From the NCBI GenBank assembly GCA_964188305.1, contig OZ076887.1: DNA of 64,000 nucleotides. The stretch is one strand, 5' to 3'. A program made the position numbers and the translations under genes. Position 1 is the stretch's first letter. Each line of letters starts with the position of its first letter. Shown piece after piece: positions 50,297 to 63,600 of this stretch. A model generated the notes under the pieces. That model had not been told where the DNA came from. It ran no database searches and saw only the letters and a list, made by a program, of their open reading frames with translations. The stretch comes from Podarcis bocagei (Eukaryota).

Positions 50297-52495
50297 GTAT
50301 CCATGCATGCAAATGGTATGGACATCTATATTTTTTGGACCACTTTTGTTGTGCTATGTCCCCCACATGACCACAAAAATTGGCATTGCAGGAGAAACCT
50401 AAGCAGAATACAACCACAACTATGCCACTATTAATGTGCAAAAAAAATGTTGCAAAATACCCCTTCAACAAAACACCAGTCTGGAGGGCAACAAAGTAGC
50501 AAATGCGGAACCAAGTACTATATATTTTTTTCTGGTTACAGAGACATTTTGATGCATACCATTCCAAAAAAGCTCAAAAGGCTTCCAAGTTTCTCTGTTC
50601 GTATCTTACAATTTGTGGATTCAGTACTGTTCATTGTAAAGGGTTGTTAATTGAAGTTAGCAAATAAATCAACATCATCAACAACCATGGATTGCCAATG
50701 CTGGAGAAATTTACCTAATGTGCATTTTACTGCTTTGTTACATGGTTGTCTGCATTAATCAGGTGTCTAGACAGCTTTAGCATGATTCAGTGTTAATTTA
50801 ACTGTTAATTTATCCATTGTAACTGTAACCCAAGGTGCAGTGGAACAGACACAGTGCTGCATGCAATGACCACAGGGTTTAATGAAAAATGATGCCATGC
50901 TAATATTCACTGATGATCTTGTCCTCCATGAATTCATCTCCTCCCCTTTTGCAGCTGTCCAAATTTGTTCTTCTGCTGCATAGACCTCACCTTCCTACTA
51001 ACTTGCCATTTTTTTAAAAAAAACAAGGAAGTGTGAATGAAATACACAAATTAAAGTGTTAACCTATAAATGGATTGTTTCTTGAAAAATGAAGAGGTGG
51101 GGATCCAGTTACTAAGGCTTGGAAACAATTAAGTGCACATGTCAATCTTTTCTGAGCAGAAATTAGGGGACCCTTTGCATTTTAAACTGCAGTCATTGGG
51201 ATTTAATTGCAAGTCATCTCACCTAGAATGAATCGAAATATTTGTGTTGGAAGACTTTGCAGTATTGAGTAATTTGGCCAGTTCGCTGGAGGGTGTCTGG
51301 CATGATTTCCTGTAATATCTGGCAATAAGCTGCAACATTTAAATGCTGCGCCTATCTGTTATTCAAACCAGTTCTAGTAAATATCACCTTTGCAATAGGA
51401 ATAAAGGATAATTAAAGAAGAAATGAGATTAATTGTTGTATGCTAGCATTTATGCGGAATTTAAAGAAAGCAATCTTTTGCATGCTGAACATATTATTTG
51501 TGTGAGCATTCACCTAGATCCACAGATAAATCTGCTATGGCCACCTTATTCATATATATTTTTTCCTACCTGCAAATGGAAACTTCATCTTCTGGGAGAA
51601 AAAAATGAAGCAATTTGGACTGCAGGTGAGAGACACTATTTCTCACAATGGATCCTGTGCTATATATGTGTAGGGAAATAGTCTTTTCATGCCTTTGTAA
51701 ATGTGATAGTTACTTCAAAAGCTCTAGGAAGGACTTGGGAAACCTCTGCAACCCTCCATCAAGGATGCTGACTTACAGCAGGAGCCCAGGGCTGAACCAA
51801 ACCCAGGAAAAGGTCGGTGCAGGCCAGTGGTTATAGTGGTATCTCAGCTAAATTCACTTTTAGGAGTGCTTTTGCCTGAATGTAATGCGGTAATGCCCCT
51901 TCTTTGCCTTTAGTCCTGCTTGCCACTATTATGAGGTTTCCAGAAGGTGGCCTATAAAATAATGTGAGCCTTGGTCTGGAGAAAATTCACCACTCCTTTT
52001 CTAAAAGCAAAAGTCTTCACTGCAGCATATGAAATTGCTAGAAGATTCTGGAACCTCTTGGAGGTATACAACCCACTACCTCACAGTCAAAATCAGTCTC
52101 AGTATAGCCCAATGAAGGCACTTGCAGTAGGTCCTTATAACTGGTTCTTTTGTTATCTTGCCTGAACTTTCATATTCTGTTTCTTGGATCCAGACCCCAC
52201 CCCTCCATTGGTGAATTTCCCTTTCTCCTGCGTCTTCTTGCGCCCTCTGAAAATCCATGTTGTTCGGTTACAGTGGGTGGGTGGGAGGCTCTGTAAAGGG
52301 GTTCTGGGAGGAAAGAGAGAATTGCCTCCTTCTGCAAGCTGGATTCCTTTATTGGGTCAAAAGGTTTCAGTAGATAGAATGAGAATCTGACTATATGCTC
52401 AGGTGATTTCACAAAGGGTATTAATCCCCTACAATGACCTATTCTGGCAGCACAACAAGAACCTGCATGCCTTCTGCTGCATTTCCCCCCACATT

Positions 52496-52634
52496 CAGGG
52501 CTCCCCACCCCCAGCCGGAACTCACCAGAAGTCAGTTCTGACACCTCTCAGGTGGGCACCATTGCCGTTGTAAGAGAATAAGGAAGGTGTTCATGGCTAG
52601 TTCTGGCACCTCTTTTTCTAGAAAAATAGCACTG
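52496..52634. mobile_element. Short hAT-type MITE
   Basis: CAGGGCT...AGCACTG ends; repeated GTTCTG.CACCTCT / CCGGAACT motifs; flanks CCCACATT / CCTACACT (6/8). Confidence 0.7.
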
Positions 52635-54070
52635 CCTACACTGTTGTTCAGGAGGAATAAATGAGTCACCTTTTTCTCTCTCCTACTGGTCTTCTATTTG
52701 ATGAAGAGGAACAAGAAATTCCACAAGTGTTGTTACACACAGCGATGCTTAGAATAGGATAAAGTGACAAACTAACAAAGGGGTTTTGAAAGACTTCTTG
52801 TCTTACCAAAGTGATCATTTAATGTGAATGTATTCCATTACATCTAAGCATTATTGTTCTGGGAAATTTGACTTTCCAGGAGGAAAATAGCACACACATG
52901 CTGCTCCCTACTTATCTAACCTGGAAATAACAACAATGCAATTGTTTTCAATCATATTGAAGTCAGTATAATGGCCTACAAAATTAAAAGGGTCCTCTGG
53001 TTTCCAGCCAACCCCTTCAACAATTACAGTGTACCAAACTTTCCCCTCAAATGCCTATGTTTTCAGTGAGAAAAATGTGTGGGCTGTGGAAGCTTTTTAG
53101 TATAGGTTTGCAAGTTCTAGCCCTATGTTTTACTTGCACAAAACAAATACAGCTCCATTCGGATTCTGTGGTTTCCACAGTAATGCAGCATGAAGAGGTT
53201 TAAGGATTCAAACAGCTCTTAAAGGAGGTAGGTAGATCATTTTAAAAGAAAACACCCACACAACTGTCGCTCTCTCGCTCTTTCCCAAGCAACATGGGAT
53301 TTGATGATTTTTGACCTGTTGCCTGTAGCAACAAATCCAAAAGTAAGCCTCTGTGATGTCAGCTGCTGTATTGGTTGCTTGTGAGCTTGAAAAAGGTTCT
53401 GCTGCATGATCAAATAGGGGATCATAATCTCAGGCTGCAAGCTTGTAGGTCACTTGCCTGACCTCTGATAAAAAGATGGCCATTATGGCATGTAGCTGAC
53501 ATGGCCTGTTAGGATTGGCAGCTGGACTGTGAAATTTCCTGTCAAGATAATATCATTGCTTCCCTGTCACAATAGGTCTCACTGTACAGGGCCCTGCAAA
53601 ATCAACAGATAAAATATTTTCTAAAGAGCATTCAGCATATGCGCTTATTAATATCTAAGTTCAAGGCTCCAAGCAGCCTTTCACAGTTGCTTTTCTCCTT
53701 GATGTCTGCCAGCTCTCATTTAATGCTGAAAAATCAGATCCAACTTTACTGCAGTGGGCAGAAGTGCAATAATTTCTATCTTCTAAAAGAAATATTGATA
53801 TAGCAACATTTCTAAAAGTGTGCTTGTGTTGTGTTGTGTGGGTGGGTATATGGCATAGAGGAGATGAGGGTAGATGCTGGAGAAAGAATTGTGAGTTCCC
53901 TTGTCTTGCCCATGTCAACAGAGAATATTGATGAGGAACTCAGATTTGCTCCATGATGCCAGATCATACCACCTCACCTTTTGGAATCAAGACCTTGTGG
54001 AACATATAAAATAGAACTTTGTTGTCTTGGGAACTAATTTTGCAATTAGCAGGATATATTTTGCCAGTGT

Positions 54071-54431
54071 GGAATGCGGATGGCGCTGTGGGTTAAACCA
54101 CAGAGCCTAGGACTTGCTAATCAGAAGGCCAGCGGTTCGAATCACCGCACCGGGGTGAGCTCCCGTTGCTCAGTCCCAGCTCCTGCCAACCTAGCAGTTC
54201 GAAAGCACGTCAAAGTACAAGTAGATAAATAGGTACCGCTCTGGTGGGAAGGTAAACGGCATTTCTGTGCGCTGCTCTGGTTCGCCAGAAGCAGCTTAGT
54301 CATGCTCGCCACATGACCCGGAAGCTGTACGCCGGCTCCCTCAGCCAATAAAGCGAGATGAGCGCCGCAACCCCAGAGTCGGTCACGACTGGACCTAATG
54401 GTCAGGGGTCCCTTTACCTTTACCTTTTTAC
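54071..54431 (+). mobile_element. Full-length Sauria SINE with 11-bp TSD
   Basis: tRNA-like head TGGCGCTGTGGGTTAAA...GGTTCGAATC, Bov-B-related tail ending (ACCTTT)n; TTTGCCAGTGT at 54060-54070 and 54432-54442. Confidence 0.97.
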
Positions 54432-55743
54432 TTTGCCAGTGTATACCCTGAAGCAGCACACAGCAGGATTGAACACCATGTCTCCTTCCCTCCCAAGGCC
54501 ACGTGTTTAATTAGTGTTCACAAACCTAACTAAACATTAAGGCGTCAGAATTGATTTGGTGTCCAGATGCAGGTCAGCCCCAGATCACCCCCAGGTCAGA
54601 TTGGGGTTGATCCAAAGTGCCAGATTGGGACATAGATTGGATTGGAGGGGAACATGCATGTACAGCCCTAATACAGACTAAGGGAGAGATCAATTCACTT
54701 TCACCAAACAGGGCTAGCATCCTGAATGTTCTGTGAAAGAAAAGCCTACCAATAGAATGTACTTCTGTAGAATACATTTCTTCATGACTGGGATGTAAAG
54801 TTTCTTAATGACTTGTTATTCCCTCTCTCCTCACATCCAAGTCATCCTTTGGGGCTTTGTGCTGTCTTTGATCTCACTGTTTTCCAAGTAGGTGCTGCTG
54901 TTTACACACCATGCACGCTCTCTCTCCCCCCCCCTCTTTCCAACCAAAGAAACAGTTGACATTTCCTCCTTGATTTCTTTTCCCTCTATTTTAAGCAAGT
55001 GCTCTTTCTGCATTTTCGAAAAGACAACTTTTGTGTTGTTAGTTGCTGCTGCTGCTGCTTAACACTCTCGAGATTCTGCTTGGCTTGACCTTCTTGGGTT
55101 TTAAAGAAAGAATAGCTGTGCTCCATGTGCTGATAAAGGAAATAGAGGGAAAGAACCTATTCGGCAAAATTACCAACCCTAAAGCTGACGCTGTTGTGTG
55201 TGTGATTCCTGAACGCTGCTGAGGAGGAAGAGGCTGACTTCGCAGTTGTATTATTTTGGCCAGGTTTTTTCCCTCCAGCATCTCGACTACATCCTTCTTT
55301 CCACCAGCAGCATGGTACTCATGTAGCTATTCAGTAAATATGCTGTAATTATTCCACTGTGCCTTGTTGACTATGGATGCACGTGTTCTCACAGATAAAT
55401 CTGCAAATCTGCAAAGGAAACAGGGATTCAGATTTTTGTCTCTTGTTTTTGCACAATGACAGCAGGTGACACACCTGATATGAAAGCTCTGTGCACAACG
55501 TTAAAGTGGTTCTTTAGGTGGGGAGGATCAGGCCACTTATTTCCTCATATTGCACACAAATGTATTTAACAGCAGATGTATTGACCCAATTTATGGGTAA
55601 TAAATAGATATATTGCTGCTCTCAGTATTTATATATCATTTGCAAAAAAGCAGATACTTTGATACGGAGCCTAATCAAGCATTTACATTCAGGGAAAGGA
55701 CTGGATGTTGCTTTATCCAGCTGTCTCATATGTATAATGTGTA

Positions 55744-55836
55744 ATAGATAGATAGATGATAGAGAGATAGATAAATAGATAGAGATAGATGGAAAGATAG
55801 ATGATAGATAGATGATAGATGATAAATAGATGATAG
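55744..55836. repeat. (GATA)n/(GAT) imperfect tetranucleotide repeat
   Basis: Direct reading. Confidence 0.95.
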
Positions 55837-56974
55837 TATTTCAGTTGCATTAATGTAAATCACTGTGAGATTCTCATGTTATAAGACACTAAATAAATGC
55901 ATTATTATTATTAGTCGTTTTTACCCTCTCTTCCTCCTCCAACTACTTAAAAGAGGGATGAATGAATATCCTTGTATCTTGTATTTTCAAGTATGGGAGG
56001 CGTAGTGGGATAATAAACACAAACTTGAAAACACAGACAGGGCACACTCTCGACTATTTTACAGGCTGGAAAGCAGCAGACTTCTTGAGTGCTGCCCCAT
56101 AGCCATGGAATTGTCATCTCTTACAGTTCTGTGCCTGAGCATTTTCTGAAAGTGTTGGAAGAGTATGGCATACATACCCCCCTAGGGCCCTTTTGAAGTC
56201 TTGCAAGAAACAATGGGTCAGATTCAACTAAGCAGATGCAGTCGTGGGAGCAAGCGCAATGAATCCCACTAGCACAACAGGACCTGCCTGCTCTCTTCCC
56301 CCACATGTACCCTATGCTCACCCCCAAATCAGTTCTGGGGGGTCTAGGGAACCCCCAGAACATCACATGGTGGGGACAAGAGGGGAGATTGTTCCATTGG
56401 GCAAGCTGAAATGCTTGTGCTTATGGGATTGGAAGAGTGAGCTGGTGAATTTCTCCCAGTAATTCAACCCCAGATCCACAAAGCTAAGCCAGCAATGCAG
56501 ATAGAAATGGTAAGGGAATTCATCAGACCTGCCTTTATTACACTGATCAGTTTTCTGGCTGCTTTGCTGTTCCAGCAAACATGGACTCCTTGGGGGTGTC
56601 ATTAATGGCTTGGGAAGGGACTCACAGTAAGGCTAAAGCCAGCACTGTCTTGCTGTGCTTGCATTACCAAGGAACAGTAAAAGGCCACTCGACAATACAG
56701 GAGCAGGTCACTCTCTGTTCTCACTGCTGCTGCTTCGTCCTGCAGGACAGTGAAAAACCTCTATGGCTTGCTGCTCCTCTAAATGTCACTCACAGCTGCT
56801 GTGATTTCACTCATTGTCTAAAAACGCTAAAAGGCAAGAGCTGGCTATATTCTTGCAAAATGATTTGGCAGAATAGAACCAGCACGTCTGGGGTTGAATC
56901 CAAATAGCAAAGGAGGATAGGAAGCCAGCAGGGCTTACACCCTGCTTAATTTAAGTTGATGTAAGTTACCCCTA

Positions 56975-57324
56975 GGGACGTGGGTGGCACTGTGGGTTAA
57001 ACCACAGAGCCTAGGGCTTGCCGATCAGAAGGTTGCCGGTTCAAATCCCCGCGACGGGGTGAGCTCCTGTTGCTCGGTCCCTCCTCCTGCCAACCTAGCA
57101 GTTCAAAAGCACATCAAAGTGCAAGTAGATAAATAGGTACTGCTCCGGTGGGAAGGTAAACGGCGTTTCCGTATGCTGCTCTGGTTCACGAGAAGTGGCT
57201 TAGTCATGCTGACCACATGACCCGGAAGCTGTACACCAGCACCCAAGGCCAATAAAGCGAGATGAGCGCCGCAACCCCAGAGTCGGCCATGACTGGACCT
57301 AATGGTCAGGGGTCTCTTTACCTT
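56975..57324 (+). mobile_element. Full-length Sauria SINE with 13-bp TSD
   Basis: GGGACGTGGGTGGCACTGTGGGTTAAACC...GGTCAGGGGTCTCTTTACCTT; TAAGTTACCCCTA at 56962-56974 and 57325-57337. Confidence 0.97.
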
Positions 57325-60300
57325 TAAGTTACCCCTATTTCAAACTCTGTTGGGGAGCAGTGCTGCTACTGCCTGAGCTAGTCGGGCCCTGACAGAGAAG
57401 AAAACAAACCTCTGAAACAGAGTTTGACTTACACCACCCTTTTTGTCAGAATTAGCTCCACTGGTTTATTGGGTCACTTAACTGAGCTTTAAGAAGTTTG
57501 GAATAGGTGTAAGTATCTCTTTGTCCATCCCAGAATGCCCCTTTGTGGGGACTAACACTGGTGTAAATTCCACCCGCTTATGTTCTACTGGATCATCCCT
57601 GGCTAAACCAGTGACTTGAGGGGACTTGTATATTCCTGGCTGAGTTTAGGATGAGGGAGTTACACCAGCATAGCCAGAGCTGAGCTCCAAGTTATAGCCA
57701 GGACAGCCCAAGATCTGTCTGTTCCAAACTCATGGATCTTGGGTTTGCATTACACTGCTAGGCAAACTCACAAGAGATCAACAGACATGATTAATTTAAG
57801 TCCCTAGATTTCAATGAGTCTACTCCATGACTTAGTTGGTTTGTGTCCCAGGTTTGCATACCACAGCCACTTGAGAATCATGCCATGATGATGCTGATGC
57901 TGTACCAACACAGCTAGTTCAGTGAGGAGCAATGATCTGTCGGAGGCCCCACCTGCTTTTCTCCCTGAGTAATGAAACCACTTTTTGAAACTGCCTTGAG
58001 ATTACTCATTCATGCTTTTATAGATGCAAACAGAAAAAAATGTTTGTGTATACATGCTTTATGCAAATGAAGAGAACACTTAGCTGGTAATAAAAGCAAT
58101 GTTGCTTCCTCTCAGAAGAATTCATTGCTCTACAGCACTAAGAAGATATATGAGCAATATTTATAGGATGCCATTTATTCAAATCATCAGTGTTTAAATT
58201 GTGCTTAGAGTTCATATTACCAGGCTTCACAGTGCTTCCCACAATGTGTGCTTAATTAACACAAGCCAAATGGGATGTGAATGTAAATTTACATGAAGGA
58301 ACCCACATATTTTATTAGTAAAACGACTCTGCATTTCTACTGAATTAAAAAAAGGTTAGGCTAGGTGACATGAGAAATATTAGGTGAACACATGCAAATT
58401 TCAAAATTATCTATACATTGCACTTACTGACTTTAGTGTTCCAAAGTGAGTGTATAAGAGAAACTTGAATTTAGGCATGCTGTTATGTTGTGTAGATATC
58501 CATGAACAACCTGTTCTCTTTCCTCCCCTTTTTGGATCTAAAATATTTATGTTTCATATACTATTGTAAATTATATGCTATGGAATACAAGAACTGATGA
58601 ACTCACTGTTGTGCAAAACTAAATAATATTATATGTTTTTAGCAACAGATTAAAATTTAAGTGTTAAAAGTTAGGCATTATGAAAACTGAGATGACAGTC
58701 CTTTACCTAAGTAGCAGATGGGCCAAAACAGGCTTCCAGGAGAAAGTCTAAGAAAGACAAATCCAAGATGAGCTTTTCAATCTTGCCTTTTCCCACCACA
58801 CATACTCTCAAAGATTTCTTCCTCACACCCCAGATTTGATTTACTGACTCTGAGCTCCAAACATCTCCCCTAAGGAAGAAGTCTGCTCTTGTGCACTAGT
58901 GCAAGAGGCAACTAATCATACAGGGCATCCAAAGATTGCTTCTACCAAAGGAAGTGAACTGAGTGACCTCTCATTCTGTTTGTATGCCTGAGAAGTCTGC
59001 ATTCTGATGGTTGGAAAGCTGATGAAAAGAAGATTCCAATCAGTAGGCAATAAATTGCTCCCACTCCCTGCCAATACACTGGTTTCTAGTGCTGGGCCAG
59101 TGGGTTATTAGGCTGTCATTTCAACACTTCCCACTCAGAGAATAATAAAAAAAGTTCAAATTCAGGGGAACACTTGCCTAAGCAGGTGTAGCTTCAAGAA
59201 CCATCAGAATGCCATCACCAACAAGACCTCTTGTATCTGAACAGGGAGGATTTTCCACAACACGAGTGTCACCAATGAAAAAGCCTGCTTGTGTGTTACC
59301 ACAAGCCAATATTCATCAGGTTGTGGCAAGGGTTCCATTTGCTGATCTAGTCGCCACAAATATAATGCCATGTTACATCCCTGTGAAAGGCTCCAAGTTT
59401 AAAGAAATTGGAAACGCTTCTTATGGGGAAAGGCAAACTGAGCAGAGCAGAGTTGGTCTGGCATATATCTCCACCTCTGCCACCTCTTCTTATCCTTCTT
59501 CTGAAGACCCTTAGAATGTTCCTCTGTCAAGGCAAAGGGGGGACTCAGCTCTCCAACAAAAATCCATTCCCACCTGCCTTCTGTCCAATGGAAACTGACA
59601 TGAATAGTGTCGTGTTCCGACTGGGGGATTCTGGGAATTGCAGTCCCAATTTGCTCCTTGATAGGAATGAATGCTTTGCTGGGGAGCTGAAAGGCTTGCT
59701 CTCCATTGTTAACCCTGCCTCTACTCTAGAAACATTATGTGGTGTCCACAAATATTATGTGCATTCTTACAAGAAGCACACCTAAAAAATCTAACCCCTT
59801 TTGGAGTGAGGACCGGGACATGTGTCCATCACTCATTACAAGTGCCACAAGTGAATGATTTTCTACCCTTGCAGCAGGCCAAGCTGCAATTGAAGGTCTT
59901 GTATGACTTTTACTTACATACCCAGATAAGACATCCCAATAATAAAATGCCTACCAAACTGCGATTTTGGAATTCATTTAAATTCAATTCCAAATTAGCT
60001 GTGTGCTTCCAATACTAATGCACTCGTCCCTATTTTTCTTCTGTCGCTTCTGCCACTTTCCTCACCTCTGACTCTAATTCAAATATTTGTTCCTCACACT
60101 TCATAATAGGTTTGATCAAATTTTGACAGGGTGCATCCTAAATGTGAAATTAATGGTAAAAGAGGGAAAAGGGGCAGAGATGTGAGGAGAAAGTATCACA
60201 GTATATTAAGAGTTTGAATCAAATGGGGAAAACACATTTTTATTGCCAGTTTGAGAGCATAAAGCAATATTTTCTTCCAGCCCTTAATGCTATAATCACA

Positions 60301-60333
60301 GGAGCTGACGATGAAGAAACCTGAAAGACTATC

Positions 60334-60768
60334 TACAGTTCTGGTTGCCTCACCTCAAAAAAGTATAATGTAGAGCTGGAGAAAAGGTTAGCCAACATCA
60401 TCAAGCAGTTTGGGGAACTCCCATACAAGGGAAGGCTACAGCACTTGAAGATTTTTTATTTCAAAAAATGAGGTGAATGGGGAGATACATGACATAGGCT
60501 TGGATCAAGGGTGCTGAACCTCTGGCCTCTGGTTCTAATTAGGCCTTCTGCATTTGGCCTGAGTATATTTTGGCCAAGCTGCTTTACAACTGACATCATA
60601 TATGGCATCCATGGCTGGGCCAAAGAAACTTGTGTGGTGCTGTGCAAGTCCAAATGATTGGGCTTGCCCGGTTCTGTGTGTGGATGATCACCAGAACTTG
60701 CGTTGCAACACATCGCTGAATCAAATTCCCTGTGGTTAAGATTATGCATGGTGTGGACAGCGGTTTGA
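60334..60768 (+). mobile_element. CR1 ORF2 C-terminal fragment split by a ~227-bp hAT-like insertion (about 60506-60732)
   Basis: QFWLPHLKKYNVELEK...LPYKGRLQHL before the insert and KIMHGVD after it. The insert has CAAGGG...CCCTG ends. Confidence 0.7.
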
Positions 60769-61699
60769 TGTGGGCAAAGCTTGAGTGAGGTGGAAACTGT
60801 ATAAATCTGTTTTAAATGGATTCCTCCTCCCTTCATAATGACCCAACAAGCCTGGACAATATGAAAGCTCAGTATGAATCCTGGAATACTTCCCAGAATC
60901 CACTGTAATATACGGCAACCCCCATACCTCATGGTTAAGGATACACTGGAAGCCAAGTCAGTGTGGAAAGTATTCCACAAACAAATGCCATGTGGTCTGA
61001 AACCTACTACTGTAGGAACAGTGTTTCATTCTCTCCCTCTCCCTCCCCACTCACTCTCTATCTTATTAGCACCTCCTCAGTCCTTTCCTGTAGGACAATT
61101 ATACAACTCACACTAAAATGATTTTGAAATATCTACAGCAGCATAGAAATAATTGATTTTAGGTGACAATTCCCCGTAAAGCCTGTATATGGCAAAGGGC
61201 AGATTTAATTTTATAGGATAAGGTCTAGCTTGGATAATTCATGGATAATTCACCACAGGTTTAACTGTCCTAGACAATGTGTTGCTAAATACGTGCAATT
61301 GGGTTGTCAACGGGTTTCATTAATGCCTGTAAGGGGCATTTAATGTACCAAGCATTTTCCCTGAAACATAATTCAGTTTGGATTACTTCAGTAGGCACAT
61401 TAATAGTTTAAAAAAATAAAAAATACAACTTTGAAAATTAGCATGATTATACATTCAAGATTATGAATGAAGATTCATTGTCAAAAAGACCATTATATTA
61501 ACATAATTAGAAGAGGTGAAGACGTGAAAGACGGAGGAAGGTGAAATAACAGGTGGATTCGTTGTGTGAGGTACTATGTGGCTCCACATTTGTTCTGGTC
61601 AACAGTGGATCAGTTAGGATCTGGTATTTGGTGTAGGCGGTTGGAATCAACTAAGGATTTGCTGCACATAGTTCAAAAGGCCATACGTTGTTAGCTGCT

Positions 61700-61905
61700 A
61701 TGGGGGACCAGCTGATCAGATCCCAGCCTCACAAAGCGGCTCAAGGAGGGTGGAGTGAGAAGAATGCAAGAGTCATGCACCCCTTGATCCCAGCTTCTCG
61801 GGGGCAAGGCTGCGATCAAGGGGTGCATGGTGTCCTTCTCGTGCCCCCCCCAGATGCTTTGCAAGGCTGCCATCTGATCAGATCCCAGCCTTGCAAAATG
61901 GCATA
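61700..61905. repeat. Nested direct/inverted repeats (GATCCCAGCCTTGC motif), probable DNA-transposon remnant
   Basis: CTGATCAGATCCCAGCCT occurs twice; perfect 16-bp inverted repeat at 61774-61789 / 61814-61829. Confidence 0.6.
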
Positions 61906-62129
61906 GGTCTGGGTTGGGGAGGGTGGCATGAGTAGCTGGCCTCCCCCAGGAAAATGAGCCCAGAGTGATTGCCCCGGCAGATCCCCTGGTTGTCCTTTAG
62001 TTCCCTGAAATTCAAGCTATAATCTGAACACACAGCCATTGTGTTTGGCAGTAGTCACACATTTATTGCAATGTCTAATTTGGCCCACATCCTGATCTTG
62101 AAATTCATAAATAAAATAGAACAAAGTGG

Positions 62130-62330
62130 GAAGAGCAAAAACTCAATGAAAGAGCATGTGCTTTGCATGCAAAAGCTCCCAGATTTAATCCCTGATGTCT
62201 CCAGGTAAGACTGGGGAAAACTCCTGTCTGAAACCTTGGAGAGCCATTGTGAGACAGCGTCGACAATACTGAGCCAGATGAACCAATGGTCTGATTTGGT
62301 ATAATTGGTAGCATTATATGTTTCTGTGTT
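62130..62330 (+). mobile_element. tRNA-derived SINE with CR1-type tail (Squam3-like)
   Basis: AGAGCATGTGCTTTGCATGC...CCCAGATTTAATCCCTG head; GACAATACTGAGCCAGATGAACCAATGGTCTGA tail. Confidence 0.8.
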
Positions 62331-62718
62331 TTAAAACATTCATTGACTTTTATTCAAAATTCTTTTGGACTTGTAAAAAGATGCCACTATAAAGAGGTGA
62401 AACAATCCTACAAGAAATCAATCAATGGGAAAACTAAATAATAATATGAACGGGAAATGATGCATTTCAAGAATGCAGGGTTTTCTTTAAATTACTTTTC
62501 TCTGAAAGTATATTTTGATGTCTATTGCAAAAGATCAGGTTAAAGTGTGAGATTTATTCCCCTCCAAGTGGATCTTTGGAGTTATATCATATATAAATCA
62601 CACTGTGATGGGACACTTCTTGTTAAAAAAATATTTACACACCTGTAATGAAATGTATCATAATTTTTTTAAAATCACACAGTGACTATGGGGGTAGGTG
62701 AAATATTCAAGAAAAAAA

Positions 62719-62858
62719 NNNNNNNNNNNNNNNNNNNNNNNNNNNNNNNNNNNNNNNNNNNNNNNNNNNNNNNNNNNNNNNNNNNNNNNNNNNNNNNNNN
62801 NNNNNNNNNNNNNNNNNNNNNNNNNNNNNNNNNNNNNNNNNNNNNNNNNNNNNNNNNN
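62719..62858. other. Assembly gap (140 N)
   Basis: Run of N. Confidence 1.
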
Positions 62859-62946
62859 TCACTCCACAGGGTTATGTGTACTTGGTGTTCTTAATATATT
62901 TGAAAGTAGTATGTGTGTCCTTGCAGTCTTAGAGTTTTACCTTCTT

Positions 62947-63000
62947 AATGATATTGTTTTTCTAAACCTCCCAATGATATTGTTTTTCTAAACCTCCCAA
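62947..63000. repeat. Perfect 26-bp tandem duplication
   Basis: AATGATATTGTTTTTCTAAACCTCCC twice, plus AA. Confidence 0.95.
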
Positions 63001-63514
63001 TTTACAGCTCTTGGAAATCACCCAGATCTTATCTCTTGCTGATAGTACAATGATGCACTTCTGAACAAGATATGAAGCCAGTTCCAGTAGTCACTGCTTT
63101 GATAAGATAAGCAAGATGTGGGCTGCAGCTAGTTCTCTTGGAGATAACATTTGTGAACTTCATCTTGGCATCAGATAGCAGCCACTACATGAGTACCAGA
63201 CACGACTTAGTGTGCCCCCCCCCGTAATTTTGCAGGTTTTCTGGAATATCATACTTTCCAAATGTTCTGCTATTCAGAAGAGGCTGATCAGACCAGTCCC
63301 AGCTTTTGAGGTTCCTAGTCATAATCAAAATGACACACACGCACAAAATAACCCTCTAAAAGTGAGTGACTAAATCTTGTGCCATCAGAACCCATATATT
63401 TTTATTAACATTTCTGAACATTTAAAACTCTTTAATATGGTACAATCTCTATCAGTTAATAAATTAACAACAATATCTAATCTGACTAATAGTGGTTCTG
63501 CAAGGTTTTACATA

Positions 63515-63600
63515 GGTTTTACAGCCTAACTGGAAGATGCCAGAGAATTGAATCCAGGCCTTTCTATAAGCAAAGGATGTGTTTTTGGCATTGAGCTAGT
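63515..63600 (-). mobile_element. Degenerate head of Squam3-like SINE
   Basis: Minus strand TAGCTCAATG...CCTGGATTCAATTCTCTGGCATCTTCCAG resembles 62140-62205. Confidence 0.5.
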
